From NCBI GenBank assembly GCA_963663235.2, contig CAXXNO010000012.1, positions 96,001 through 160,000 on the forward strand: 64,000 bases of DNA, given 5' to 3'. Source of the stretch: Dehalococcoidia bacterium. Its GTDB lineage: Bacteria; Chloroflexota; Dehalococcoidia; Bin125. Every line of letters starts with the position of its first letter. Within the stretch, counting starts at the first letter, position 1. The notes beneath the pieces are model-generated. The model ran no database searches. It saw only the letters and a program-made list of their open reading frames with translations, and was not told the DNA's origin. Made by a program: the position numbers and the translations under genes. Shown in pieces: positions 50,223 to 60,620 of this stretch.

Positions 50223-52190
50223 ATGAACAGCCGGGCCGACCCGAGCTCCTGGCGATTGCGCCTGATGGTCGTGATCGCCATTGGGCTCGGCGCGCTGCTG
50301 GTAGCGCGCTTGGTGCAACTCCAGATCCTGGAACACAGCACGTACGAGGACGCGGCGCGCGAAATCCACGTCGCGAGTGAGCGGATCCAGGGACCGCGCG
50401 GCGCGATCCTGGACCGCAACGGCCTGCCCCTGGTCACCGGCATCGATACGTTCGAGGTGCACATCGACCGGGAGCCGTGGGAACTGGACGAGGCCAACGA
50501 GCGTCTGGCCGTGGAACGCCTCGCCGAGCTGTTGGGCGTCGGTCCGGACGCCGTGCGCCGCATCGCCGGCTCCGGGCCCAGCCGGGACACGCTGCTGGCG
50601 ACGCATCTGCCGTACGCGCTGGGGGAGGCGATCATCGCGGAGGGACTGCCGGGAGTGAGGGTCGCGGCCTCCGGCCTGCGACTCCACACAGAAGGCGCCC
50701 TGGCGAGCCAGCTCTTGGGCTTCGTGGGGCGGGGCAACGTTGGGCTGTCCGGAATCGAATACGAGTACGACAGCCTCCTGCGCGGGCGGTCCGGGCGCGT
50801 GGTTTATGAGCGGGACAGCGTGGGGAACCCGATCCCGTTCGGCGTTCAGACGATTGAGCCGGTCCAGCCCGGTGCGGACTTGGTCCTGACGATCGACCGC
50901 AACCTGCAACGGATGGCGGAGGAGCACCTGGCCACGGCCCTGGAAGAGACCGGGGCCGAAGGCGGCACCATCCTCATGCTGGACCCTCACACGGGCGACA
51001 TCCTGGCTATGGCATCCGCTCCCACCTTCGACGTCACCGAGTTGGACCTCAACGCTCAAGACTTGGACCTCTCACTGTTTCGGAACCGGGCGGTCACCGA
51101 CGTCTACGAGCCGGGCTCCGTGTTCAAAGTCATCACCATGGGCGCCGCGCTCGACATACGCGTCGTGACGCCGGACAGCACCTTCAACGACACGGGCGCG
51201 ATCGTCATCGGCACGCGCACCATCCGAAACTTCGACCTGTCGTATCACGGCGAACAGACGATGACGCAAGTGCTGCAACGGTCGCTGAACACGGGGTCGG
51301 TCTGGGTAGCGCAACAGTTGGGCCCCACCGCGTTCTACCGCTACGTGCACGCCTTCGGATTCGGCGAGTCGACGCGGTCGGGGCTGTCCGGCGAGGCGCC
51401 CGGCCTGCTGAAGGAGCCCGGCAACCTCTTCTGGTCCGAAGTGGACCTGGGCACCAACTCCTACGGGCAGGGAATCTCCGTCACGCCGATACAGATCGTC
51501 CGAGCCATTGCGGCGATCGCCAACGGCGGAGAACTGGTGCGGCCGCGGATCCTGCGCGCCGTCATCACCCCCGATGGTGTGCGGGAGCTGGCGCCGGTGA
51601 GCGAGGGGCAGGTGATCCGGGAAGAGACGGCCGCCAGCCTGCGGCTCATGATGCAGGCGGTGGTCGACGGCGTCTTGGGGCACCCCGCGCAAACGCCGGG
51701 CTGGCCGGTGGCGGGGAAATCCGGCACGTCCGATGTCGTGGAGGGCGGGCGCTACCTGGAGGGCGCGGCGATCGCCTCGTTCGCGGGCTTCGCGCCGGCG
51801 GATGACCCGCGGATCGTCGTCCTGATCAAGCTGGACCGGCCGCAAGGCGAGATCTTCGGCGGGGTCATCGCCGCACCGGTGTTCTCTGCGGTCCTGCGCG
51901 ACGTCCTCCCCTACCTTGGCGTGCCGGCCACAGATTATGTCGCGGAGCCGAGCGTGTTCGACCCGCCGCCGCAAGCGGCCGGCGGCGGCGACGAGCCGCC
52001 CGAGGGCGAAGTCGAGGCAGGCGAAGCCGAGGCAGGCGAAGCCGAGACGGACGAAGCCGGGACGGACGAGGCCGGGACGGACGAGGCCGAGTCGAGCGAG
52101 GGTGAGGCCGCCCCGCAGGACCCGACCGCCAGCGAAACCGAAGTCGAGCCCAGCGGCGACAGCGAAGCTGCTGGGACAGCCGAAGGATGA
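50223..52190 (+). CDS. ftsI: Class B penicillin-binding protein (FtsI-like) with acidic C-terminal tail
   Basis: RGAILDRNG, GLSGIE, YEPGSVFK (SxxK), SLN (SxN), GKSGT. Confidence 0.9.
   Translation: MNSRADPSSWRLRLMVVIAIGLGALLVARLVQLQILEHSTYEDAAREIHVASERIQGPRGAILDRNGLPLVTGIDTFEVHIDREPWELDEANERLAVERLAELLGVGPDAVRRIAGSGPSRDTLLATHLPYALGEAIIAEGLPGVRVAASGLRLHTEGALASQLLGFVGRGNVGLSGIEYEYDSLLRGRSGRVVYERDSVGNPIPFGVQTIEPVQPGADLVLTIDRNLQRMAEEHLATALEETGAEGGTILMLDPHTGDILAMASAPTFDVTELDLNAQDLDLSLFRNRAVTDVYEPGSVFKVITMGAALDIRVVTPDSTFNDTGAIVIGTRTIRNFDLSYHGEQTMTQVLQRSLNTGSVWVAQQLGPTAFYRYVHAFGFGESTRSGLSGEAPGLLKEPGNLFWSEVDLGTNSYGQGISVTPIQIVRAIAAIANGGELVRPRILRAVITPDGVRELAPVSEGQVIREETAASLRLMMQAVVDGVLGHPAQTPGWPVAGKSGTSDVVEGGRYLEGAAIASFAGFAPADDPRIVVLIKLDRPQGEIFGGVIAAPVFSAVLRDVLPYLGVPATDYVAEPSVFDPPPQAAGGGDEPPEGEVEAGEAEAGEAETDEAGTDEAGTDEAESSEGEAAPQDPTASETEVEPSGDSEAAGTAEG
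52014..52088 (+). repeat. Intragenic 15-bp tandem repeat, five imperfect copies
   Basis: GAGGCAGGCGAAGCC x2, GAGACGGACGAAGCC, GGGACGGACGAGGCC x2 (EAGEA/ETDEA/GTDEA). Confidence 0.8.
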
Positions 52191-53596
52191 CCGTGACCAC
52201 GTTCGGAGGCGCCGTGATCAGCCCGCGCGAATTCGCATCGGCGTTGGGACCGCACTTACTCAACCCCCAAGCGGCGTACTCTGACGCCCCGTTCAGCGAC
52301 GCCGTCGTCGACTCGCGCCGCGTGCGGCCGGGTGATCTGTTCATCGCGCTGCGTGGCGAACACACCGACGGGCACCGCTTCCTCGACGACGCCATCGAGC
52401 GGGGAGCGAGCGCCCTGCTGAGCCGGATGGCGCCGGATTCGCTGCTCTCGAGATCGGATCAGCGCGAGGTCACCGTGTTCCGGGTGGAGGATCCGCTGGC
52501 CGCGTTGCAGGCCGCCGCCAAGCGCTGGCGGGAAGCACACCCCGTGCGCGTGGTGGGGATCACGGGCAGCGTGGGAAAGACCACCACCCGCGAGGCCGTG
52601 GCACAGATGCTGGCACGCCGGACGCCCACGCTTGAGAGTCCGTACAACTACAACAGCGAGATTGGGCTGCCGCTGGCGTTGCTCCGACTGGCGCCCGAAC
52701 ACGCCTGGGCCGTCCTGGAGATGGGGCCGTACGACCTGCGGGAGATCGCGACGCTGTGCGATATCGCGCAGCCGGAGATCGGCATCGTGACCAACGTGGG
52801 GCCGACCCACCTGGAACGGTTCGGATCGCTGGAGGCGATCGAAGAGGCCAAAGAACACCTGCCGGCATCGCTGCCCGCGGGCGGGCTGGCCGTGCTGAAC
52901 GCCGACGACTCGCGCACGCAGCGGATGCGGGATCGCACGCCGGCGCGCACGCTGAGCTTCGGCCTGAGCGAGCGGGCCGACGTCCGGGCCACGGATGTGG
53001 AATCTCACGGGCTGGACGGGATCGGCTTCACCTTGCGGACGCCTGACGGCGCCATTGCGGTGCGAACCCCGCTGGTGGGCGCGCACCACGTCATGACGGC
53101 CCTGGCGGCGGCGGCGGTGGCGGTGGGGACCTCGTGGACGCTGCCGGAGACGGCGGAAGCGCTGACCACGCTTCGCACCGGCCGACGGCTGAAGCCGCGT
53201 CGCTCGTACTCGGGCGCCCTGATCCTGGACGACACCTACAACGCCGCTCCGCTATCGATGCAGGCGGCGCTGGACCTCCTGGCCGAACTGCCGGGGCGGC
53301 GGATCGCCGTGCTCGGCGACATGCTGGAGCTCGGCAGCGAAGAGGAAAGCGGGCACCGCGAGGTCGGAGCGTACACCGTGGGGCGGTGCGACCGCTTGAT
53401 CGCGATCGGAGATCGAGCGCGCCAGTTGGCGAATGCCGCCTGGGACGCAGGGCACCAGCAGATCGAATGGTTTGAAACCAAGGAGCAGGCGACCGAGTTG
53501 CTGCGTCAAGAGATCGGGGCGGAGGACGTGGTGCTGATCAAGGCGTCGCACGCGCAGGCGCTGGAGACGATGGTGGAGGCCCTCATCACACCATGA
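52187..53596 (+). CDS. murF: UDP-MurNAc-tripeptide:D-Ala-D-Ala ligase
   Basis: DSR, DGHRF, GITGSVGKTT, NYNSEIGLP, DDTYNAAP, LGDMLELG, IKAS. Confidence 0.94.
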   Translation: MTVTTFGGAVISPREFASALGPHLLNPQAAYSDAPFSDAVVDSRRVRPGDLFIALRGEHTDGHRFLDDAIERGASALLSRMAPDSLLSRSDQREVTVFRVEDPLAALQAAAKRWREAHPVRVVGITGSVGKTTTREAVAQMLARRTPTLESPYNYNSEIGLPLALLRLAPEHAWAVLEMGPYDLREIATLCDIAQPEIGIVTNVGPTHLERFGSLEAIEEAKEHLPASLPAGGLAVLNADDSRTQRMRDRTPARTLSFGLSERADVRATDVESHGLDGIGFTLRTPDGAIAVRTPLVGAHHVMTALAAAAVAVGTSWTLPETAEALTTLRTGRRLKPRRSYSGALILDDTYNAAPLSMQAALDLLAELPGRRIAVLGDMLELGSEEESGHREVGAYTVGRCDRLIAIGDRARQLANAAWDAGHQQIEWFETKEQATELLRQEIGAEDVVLIKASHAQALETMVEALITP

Positions 53597-54555
53597 CCGG
53601 CGTATCCCTGGCCATGACCGGAGCGGCGTTTCTGCTGGCGCTGGCCATCGGACGGCCGCTGATCCAGTGGCTGAACGCCAAGCAGCTGGGCAAAGCGATC
53701 AGCGTGGAGGGGCCCCAGACCCACATGATCAAAGCGGGCACGCCGACGATGGGCGGGCTGATCATCATCGCGAGCGTGGCAGTGGTCACGCTGGCGTCGA
53801 ACGTGGTGGGGCGGGAATCGATCCTGCTGCCCCTGGTAGGGATTGTCGTGCTGGGGCTGGTCGGCATCTACGACGACCTGGGATCGATCGTAGGACGGAT
53901 CCCGCGGGAGCTCAGCTGGCGGCTCAAGATGACGCTGCTGACGCTGTTCAGTCTGGGCGCAGCGCTGGTGCTCTTCTTCGCGCTGGACATCGAGAGTCTC
54001 AATGTGCCCTGGAGCGGCACGCACGACCTGGGACCGGCCTACATCGTGATCGCGATGGTCACGATCCTGGCCACCACGACCTCAGTCGCGATCAGCGACG
54101 GCCTGGACTCGCTGGCGGGCGGCCTCCTGGCGATCGCGTTCGGCGCGTACGGCGTGATCGCCGTAGCGCAGGAGCAGGACTTCCTGGTCCGGTTCTCCTT
54201 CACCATGATCGGCGCGACGCTCGGCTTCCTCTGGTACAACTCGCATCCGGCGCACGTGTTCATGGGAGACACCGGCGCCCTGGCCTTGGGAGGCGCGCTG
54301 GCGATCGTCGCGCTGATGACGGGGCACTGGCTGCTGCTCCCTCTGATCGGCGGGGTCTTCCTGATCGAAGCGCTGAGCGACGTCATTCAGATCGGCTACT
54401 TCAAATGGACGGGCGGCCGGCGGATCTTCCGGATGGCGCCGATCCACAACCACTTTGAGCTCTCCGGCTGGTCCGAGCCGCAAGTGGTCACGCGCTTCTG
54501 GATCGTGGGGCTGGCATGCGCCGTCCTCGGCGTCGCGCTGGCGTTGCAGGTGTAA
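53593..54555 (+). CDS. mraY: Phospho-N-acetylmuramoyl-pentapeptide transferase
   Basis: KAGTPTMGG, YDD, DGLD, FMGDTG, MAPIHNHFEL. Confidence 0.94.
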   Translation: MTGVSLAMTGAAFLLALAIGRPLIQWLNAKQLGKAISVEGPQTHMIKAGTPTMGGLIIIASVAVVTLASNVVGRESILLPLVGIVVLGLVGIYDDLGSIVGRIPRELSWRLKMTLLTLFSLGAALVLFFALDIESLNVPWSGTHDLGPAYIVIAMVTILATTTSVAISDGLDSLAGGLLAIAFGAYGVIAVAQEQDFLVRFSFTMIGATLGFLWYNSHPAHVFMGDTGALALGGALAIVALMTGHWLLLPLIGGVFLIEALSDVIQIGYFKWTGGRRIFRMAPIHNHFELSGWSEPQVVTRFWIVGLACAVLGVALALQV

Positions 54556-54559
54556 CGCG

Positions 54560-55996
54560 ATGACCGCCGCGCAGTCACTGCCATCGACCACCGAGCCGCG
54601 AAGTTACCGAGGGCTGCGCGTGGGTGTGGTGGGGCTAGGCGTGGAAGGTCAGGATGCGGTGCGATTCCTGCATGGCGAGGGCGCCGCGGCGATCATCGTC
54701 AGCGATCAGAAGCCAGCGGAGCGACTACGCGAGCAGACGCAGACATTAGCGGGCATTCCTTTCCGATTGGAGAGCGGCGGCAACGACGTATCGATCGCGG
54801 AGCGAGTCGACGCCCTCTTCGTCAGTCAGGGCGTGGCCGACGACCTGCCGCTCCTCGTGGCGGCCCGGGCTCGGGGCGTCCCGATCACCGCCACGACGCG
54901 GCTCTTCTTGCAGCGCTGTCCGGCGCCGGTCATCGGCATTACGGGCAGCGCCGGCAAGACGACGACGACCGCCCTTGTCGGGGAGATCTTCGCGGCCGCC
55001 GGGCGGTCCGCATTCGTGGGCGGGAACATCGGCACGGATCTGTTATCGCGGCTGGCGGAGATCGATGCCGCATCGACGGTGGTGATCGAGATCAGCCACA
55101 CGCAACTGATGCGGACCGATCGTAGTCCGCAACTGGCAGCAGTGCTGAACATCACACCCAACCACCTCGATCAATTCACGTGGAACGAGTACGTCGACCT
55201 GAAGCGCCACCTGGTGCGGCACCAACGCGGCGAGGACATCGTGGTGTTGCCCACCGACGACGCTACGGCCCGGTCGTTGGCAGCGGACACGCCGGCCCTG
55301 CTGCATCGCTTTGGGGTGGACGCGCACCGAGGCCCGGGAGCGTACACGGCCGCCGGGCGCGTTGTCTGGCACGACGGCAGCCAGGCGCACGAGGTGCTGC
55401 CCATCAGCGCCATCCGGCTGCGCGGCGCCCACAACCTCCAGAATGTGCTCGCGGCAGTGAGCATTGCCGGAGCGTCGGGGGCGTCGCCGGAAGCGGCGGC
55501 CAAAGCCATCGCCGCGTTCGGCGGAGTCCCCCACCGCCTGGAGGAGATCGCCACCGTCGACGGTGCGCTCTACGTCAACGACTCGATCGCCACGGCGCCG
55601 GAACGGACGATCGCCGCTCTGCGGTCGTACGACGCACCGGCCGTGCTGCTGCTCGGGGGCCGGGACAAGCGGTTGCCGCTGGAGACACTCGCCGATGAGA
55701 TCGCCCACAAGGCGCGGGCTGTCATCGGCTTCGGCGAAGCGGGTGACACCTTCCTCGCGCCGCTGCGAGGGGCCGCGGCGGCCGGGTCGCCGATCCTGCG
55801 CCGCGCGGAGCGGCTGGAGGAAGCCGTGACCGCCGCGCGGGAGGAGGCTCGGCCGGGGGACGTGGTGTTGCTGTCACCGGCCGGGACGTCGTTCGACGCG
55901 TACGACGACTACGCCGCCCGGGGCCGCCATTTCGCCGCGCTGGTCCGCGCGTGGAGCCCAAGCCGTGACGAGGAGCGCGCCGATGCCGGCCGCTAA
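54560..55996 (+). CDS. murD: UDP-MurNAc-L-Ala:D-Glu ligase
   Basis: ITGSAGKTTT, GGNIG, NITPNHLD, PHRLE, NDS.AT, GGRDK, LLSP...SFD. Confidence 0.94.
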   Translation: MTAAQSLPSTTEPRSYRGLRVGVVGLGVEGQDAVRFLHGEGAAAIIVSDQKPAERLREQTQTLAGIPFRLESGGNDVSIAERVDALFVSQGVADDLPLLVAARARGVPITATTRLFLQRCPAPVIGITGSAGKTTTTALVGEIFAAAGRSAFVGGNIGTDLLSRLAEIDAASTVVIEISHTQLMRTDRSPQLAAVLNITPNHLDQFTWNEYVDLKRHLVRHQRGEDIVVLPTDDATARSLAADTPALLHRFGVDAHRGPGAYTAAGRVVWHDGSQAHEVLPISAIRLRGAHNLQNVLAAVSIAGASGASPEAAAKAIAAFGGVPHRLEEIATVDGALYVNDSIATAPERTIAALRSYDAPAVLLLGGRDKRLPLETLADEIAHKARAVIGFGEAGDTFLAPLRGAAAAGSPILRRAERLEEAVTAAREEARPGDVVLLSPAGTSFDAYDDYAARGRHFAALVRAWSPSRDEERADAGR

Positions 55997-57212
55997 CGGC
56001 GTCGCGCGGGGCAGCGCGCAACCGGTGGATGAAACCGGCAGCCGCCTTGCGGGGCCGCCGGACTGGGCGCTGATCGGCGCCGTCCTGGCGCTGACGGCGC
56101 TGGGGCTGGTGTTTGTGTTCAGCGCCTCCGTGGCCGTGGGGCAGCAGCTCTACGGCGATCCGCACTACTTCGTCATCCGGCAACTCGGCGGGGCGGGGAT
56201 CGGGCTCGTCGCGTTCGTGGCACTGGCGCGGCTGGATTATCGCCGGCTGCGGCGGTGGAGTCCGCTGATCATGCTGGTCGCGGTGATGGGCCTTCTTGCC
56301 GTGCTGCTCCCGGGCATCGGCGTGGAGCAGAACGGGGCGCGGCGGTGGATGCAGATCGCTTCACTGCCACCCCTCCAGCCCTCCGAGTTCGCCAAGCTAG
56401 CCGTCGCGATCTACCTGGCCGCGTGGCTGGCCTCGCGGGCCAGCGGCATCCGGCATGTGACGCTGGGCGTGGTGCCGTTCGCCGTGATGGTGGGGTTCTT
56501 TGGCTTTCTCATCGTGGCGGAGCCGGACCTCGGGACGGCGCTGCTGATTGTGCTCATCGCGGGGGCCATGTTCTTCATCGCCGGCGCGGCTCTGCGGCAC
56601 GTCCTGGCGCTGACCACCATCGGCGGCGCGGTCATCTTCAGCATCGTTGGCATCGCGGGCTACGGGCTGGACCGGTTCACCTCGTTCATCTCGGCGGAAT
56701 CAGACCCGCAAGCAAGCGGCTACCAGATCCTGCAACTGCTCATCGCGCTCGGGAGCGGCGGCGCGTCGGGGGTGGGAATCGGTGAGAGCCGACAGAAGTT
56801 TCTTTACATCCCATCCGCACACACAGACGGGGTGTACGCGATCATCGGGGAAGAGGCGGGGTTTGTGGGCACGATGCTGGTGCTGGGGATCTTTGCCCTC
56901 CTCGCCTATCGCGGCGCGCGGATCGCGATGCGGACCACCGATCCATTCGGCCTGCTCTTGGCGACGGGGATCGTGACCTGGATCGTGGTGCAGGCATTCT
57001 TCAACATGGGGGGCGTCACGCGCACCATCCCCCTGACCGGTATCCCGTTGCCGTTCGTCTCCTTCGGCAGCTCGGCGTTGATCGCCACGCTGGCGGCGGC
57101 CGGTGTGTTGGTGAGCATCTCACGCCACACGACGGCGGAGGCGCGCCCACCGCAGCGATCGCGGCCGCGGCGGGACTACGTCCGCCCGCCGCGACTGGAG
57201 GGGGCGCGGTGA
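55965..57212 (+). CDS. ftsW: SEDS peptidoglycan glycosyltransferase FtsW
   Basis: NGARRW, QPSEFAK, EPDLG, GYQ, HTD, IGEE.G, TGIPLPFVSFG. Confidence 0.94.
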   Translation: MTRSAPMPAANGVARGSAQPVDETGSRLAGPPDWALIGAVLALTALGLVFVFSASVAVGQQLYGDPHYFVIRQLGGAGIGLVAFVALARLDYRRLRRWSPLIMLVAVMGLLAVLLPGIGVEQNGARRWMQIASLPPLQPSEFAKLAVAIYLAAWLASRASGIRHVTLGVVPFAVMVGFFGFLIVAEPDLGTALLIVLIAGAMFFIAGAALRHVLALTTIGGAVIFSIVGIAGYGLDRFTSFISAESDPQASGYQILQLLIALGSGGASGVGIGESRQKFLYIPSAHTDGVYAIIGEEAGFVGTMLVLGIFALLAYRGARIAMRTTDPFGLLLATGIVTWIVVQAFFNMGGVTRTIPLTGIPLPFVSFGSSALIATLAAAGVLVSISRHTTAEARPPQRSRPRRDYVRPPRLEGAR

Positions 57213-58300
57213 GGTTAATCGTTGGCGGCGGCGGCAGCGGCGGCCACGCCTTTCCGGCGCTGGCCGTGGCCGAGACCCTGCGGATCATGCTGCGCGAAGA
57301 TCTGACGCTGCTGTATGTCGGCCGAGAAGATGGAATGGAAGCGGCCATCGCCCGCGACGCCGGCATCGAGTTCGCACCCATCGTGGCGCGCGCGCTGCGC
57401 GGACGGCACCCGCTGAGCCAACTCTGGTCGACGCTGACACTCGCGGCCGGGGTGTGGGGGGCGATCGGGGTCGTGCGCCGTTTCCAGCCGGACGTGGTGT
57501 TCGTCACCGGCGGATACGTCAGTGTGCCGATTGGGGTCGCGGCCTGGCTCCTGCGGCGCCCGCTGGTGCTCTTCCTGCCGGACGTCGAGCCGGGCTGGGC
57601 GGTGCGGCTGCTATCGCGCCTGGCCCGGCGGATCTGTGTGACGGACACCGCTTCGATGCATCAACTCCCCGCGCGCAAGACGGTCGCGACGGGATACCCG
57701 CTGAGGCCGGTCTTCCGGGAGCTGGATCGCCCGATGGCGCGGGCGCGCTTCGAGCTCAACGGCGATCCGGTGATCCTCATTACCGCCGCCGTGCAGGGCT
57801 CACAGAACATCAATCGAGCGGTGGAAACGCAACTGGAGGAGTGGCTGGAGGCTGCGCAGATCATCCACGTCAGCGGAGCGCGCGACGAAGCGCGGCTGCG
57901 AGCCCGCCGCGATGCGCTCCCGGCCGCCCTGCAGCGGCGCTATCACCTCTACGAGTACCTGGGCGACGAGTTGCCGATGGCGATGGCCGCCTCCGACCTG
58001 GCCGTGGCCCGGTCAGGCGCGTCCGTGCTGGGCGAACTGCCGGCCGCCGGCCTGCCGGCGGTGCTGGTGCCGCTGACGGCCGCCGGGGGGCACCAGCGAC
58101 ACAACGCCGCCATTCTGCAAGAGGCGGGAGCGGCCGTGATCGTCGAGGAGGGGCAGGCGGCCGCAACCCTCCTGCCGACGGCCCTGGAGATCCTGCGCGA
58201 CCGCGACCGGCTGACGGCGATGAGCCAGGCGGCGCGCGCCAAAGCGCGGACCGACGCGGCGGAGCGGATCGCCGAGGTGCTGTGGGAGGTGCGCCAGTGA
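57209..58300 (+). CDS. murG: Undecaprenyl-PP-MurNAc-pentapeptide GlcNAc transferase
   Basis: GGGSGGH.FP, TGGYVS, RSGAS, HQRHNA; position in dcw cluster. Confidence 0.92.
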   Translation: MRLIVGGGGSGGHAFPALAVAETLRIMLREDLTLLYVGREDGMEAAIARDAGIEFAPIVARALRGRHPLSQLWSTLTLAAGVWGAIGVVRRFQPDVVFVTGGYVSVPIGVAAWLLRRPLVLFLPDVEPGWAVRLLSRLARRICVTDTASMHQLPARKTVATGYPLRPVFRELDRPMARARFELNGDPVILITAAVQGSQNINRAVETQLEEWLEAAQIIHVSGARDEARLRARRDALPAALQRRYHLYEYLGDELPMAMAASDLAVARSGASVLGELPAAGLPAVLVPLTAAGGHQRHNAAILQEAGAAVIVEEGQAAATLLPTALEILRDRDRLTAMSQAARAKARTDAAERIAEVLWEVRQ

Positions 58301-59706
58301 ACGCGCCGCGCTCCTTTGTGCGTGCATCCGGGGAACAGCCCCACATCCACTTCATCGGGATCGGCGGCATCCACATGAGCGGGCTGGCGCGGATCCTGCT
58401 GGAGGAAGGCTGCCGCGTCAGCGGCTCCGACCTGGTGGCGAGCCAGCTGACGCAGGGTCTGGCGGACTCGGGCGTGCGGATCAGCATTGGGCATGAGAGC
58501 GGCAACGTGGAGGGGGCCACGCTGGTGGTACGCACGGCGGCGGTCAAGGACGCCAATCCGGAGGCGCAAGCAGCGCGGCGAGCAGGCATCGAGTTGATCA
58601 CGCGAGCCGAGATGGTGGCCCGGATTGCGGGTGATCGCCCCACGCTCACCGTCGCGGGCACGCACGGCAAGACCACCACCGCAACCATGCTCACCCTGAT
58701 CCTGCGCGAAGCGGGGCTGGACCCGACCTACCTCCTGGGCGGAGAGAGCGACGCCCTGGGGGGCCAAGCGGGGCGGGGGAGCGGCGCGCAGGTGGTCCTG
58801 GAGGCGGACGAATACGCCCGTGCGTTCCACGAATACCGGCCCACGATCGCGGTGATCACCAACATCGATCGAGACCACTTGGACTACTACGGCACCGATG
58901 CCGCGCTCCAGGAAGCGTTCCTCGGCTACGGGCGGACGATCCGTCCCGGGGCGGCGCTGATCGTCGGTGCGGACAGTCCGCAAGCGATGGCGGTGGGAGA
59001 GCGACTCGAAGGGGAGCGCTCGGACATCTCCGTGATGACGTTCGGCACCGCCGCCAGGTGGACCTGGGGCGCGCGCGAGATCGCCGCGAGCGAGAGCGAG
59101 ACGCACTTCCAGTTGACGCGCGAAGGGACCGACCTGGGGGAAGTCGCTCTACAGGTGCCGGGCGCATTCAACGTGCGCAACGCCGTGGCCGCCGTGGCGG
59201 CCGGGGTGCTGGGCGGCGCGAGCATGGCCGCCGCTCAGCATGCGCTGGCGCGCTTCCGCGGCGTGCATCGCCGCTTCGAGCATGTGGGGGAGGCCGGCGG
59301 AGTGACGCTGGTCGACGATTACGCGCACCACCCTACGGAGATCGCCGCGACCGTAGAAGCCGCGCGGCAGCGCTACCCGAGCCGCCGCCTCGTCGTGCTG
59401 TTTCAGCCGCACACGTACAGCCGCTCGTCCTATCTGCGTGAAGGGTTCCAGCGTTGCTTTGGCGGGGTCGACCGCCTGTATTTGATGGAGACCTATGCCG
59501 CCCGGGAGGAGCCGGACGCAGGGCTGAGCGCGGCCGAGCTGAGCCAACAGATCCGAGAGCCGCGGGCGGAGTATGCCGGATCAGCGGACGAAGCCGTGGA
59601 AACGGTCGGCGCGGCTCTCCGCCCAGGCGACGTGCTCATCACGATGGGCGCCGGGGACGTGAACGAGGCCGGCCCGCCGATCCTGAAGCGGTTGGAGGCG
59701 CGATGA
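58297..59706 (+). CDS. murC: UDP-N-acetylmuramate--L-alanine ligase
   Basis: HFIGIGGI.MSG, AGTHGKTTT, EADE, DHLD, DDYAHHPTE, FQPH. Confidence 0.95.
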   Translation: MNAPRSFVRASGEQPHIHFIGIGGIHMSGLARILLEEGCRVSGSDLVASQLTQGLADSGVRISIGHESGNVEGATLVVRTAAVKDANPEAQAARRAGIELITRAEMVARIAGDRPTLTVAGTHGKTTTATMLTLILREAGLDPTYLLGGESDALGGQAGRGSGAQVVLEADEYARAFHEYRPTIAVITNIDRDHLDYYGTDAALQEAFLGYGRTIRPGAALIVGADSPQAMAVGERLEGERSDISVMTFGTAARWTWGAREIAASESETHFQLTREGTDLGEVALQVPGAFNVRNAVAAVAAGVLGGASMAAAQHALARFRGVHRRFEHVGEAGGVTLVDDYAHHPTEIAATVEAARQRYPSRRLVVLFQPHTYSRSSYLREGFQRCFGGVDRLYLMETYAAREEPDAGLSAAELSQQIREPRAEYAGSADEAVETVGAALRPGDVLITMGAGDVNEAGPPILKRLEAR

Positions 59707-60620
59707 CATTGCGCGAGAGCCTGGCCGCCCTCAGCGAGGTCCGCGAGCGCGAACCGATGTCCCGCCACACGACGTTCGGCGTCGGCGGGCCGGCGGACTA
59801 CTTTGTCGTCGCGCGCGATCGGGAAGAGTTGCTGGCGCTGGCACGGGTGGCTCGTGAGGCGGGTGCGCCGGCGTTCATCCTGGGTTCCGGCTCGAACGTC
59901 GCCGTCGGTGACGCCGGGATCCGGGGCGTGGTGATCGAGAATCGCGCCAACGGGGTCGGCGAGCCTCTAGCCGAGGACGACAACGTCCGCCTGCACGCCG
60001 ACGCGGGCGCGTCATTCGCCAAACTCGCGCGGTCCACAGCGCGCCAGCAGCTCAGCGGCCTGGAATGGGCGGCGGGGATCCCCGGCAGCCTCGGCGGGGC
60101 CGTGGTATACAACGCCGGCGCCTACGGCGGCTGTCTGCGCGACGTCCTCAGCGCCATCGAGGTGCTGGAGCCGGACGGCCGGATCGTGGCGATCGCCGCG
60201 GCCGACCTAGGGCTGCAATATCGCTCCAGCGCGTTCACGCGAGGGCTGTTGCAAGACCGGGTCATCCTTGGGCTCACCTTCGCGCTGCAGCCGGGCGATG
60301 CCGCCGAAGCGCTGGCCCGCATCGACACGCTAGAAGCGAAGCGCAAAGCCGCCCAGCCGCGGGGCCGCACCGCAGGGTCGATCTTCAAGAACCCGCCGGA
60401 GCACCCGGCTTGGTGGCTCATCGACCGGGTGGGGCTGCGGGGCCATCGCATCGGCAACGCGGTGATCAGCGAAAAGCACACCAACTGGATCGTGAACCAG
60501 GGAGCCGCCCGCGCCGCCGAGGTGGCGGCGCTGATGCGCCTGGCGCAGGAGCGCGTGGCCAGCGAGTTCGGGATCGAGCTGCACGCGGAAGTGGCGCTGA
60601 TCGGGGAGGGGTTCGCATGA
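59703..60620 (+). CDS. murB: UDP-N-acetylenolpyruvoylglucosamine reductase
   Basis: HTTF.VGGPA, GSGSN, GIPGSLGGA..NAGAYG, GSIFKNP. Confidence 0.95.
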   Translation: MTLRESLAALSEVREREPMSRHTTFGVGGPADYFVVARDREELLALARVAREAGAPAFILGSGSNVAVGDAGIRGVVIENRANGVGEPLAEDDNVRLHADAGASFAKLARSTARQQLSGLEWAAGIPGSLGGAVVYNAGAYGGCLRDVLSAIEVLEPDGRIVAIAAADLGLQYRSSAFTRGLLQDRVILGLTFALQPGDAAEALARIDTLEAKRKAAQPRGRTAGSIFKNPPEHPAWWLIDRVGLRGHRIGNAVISEKHTNWIVNQGAARAAEVAALMRLAQERVASEFGIELHAEVALIGEGFA

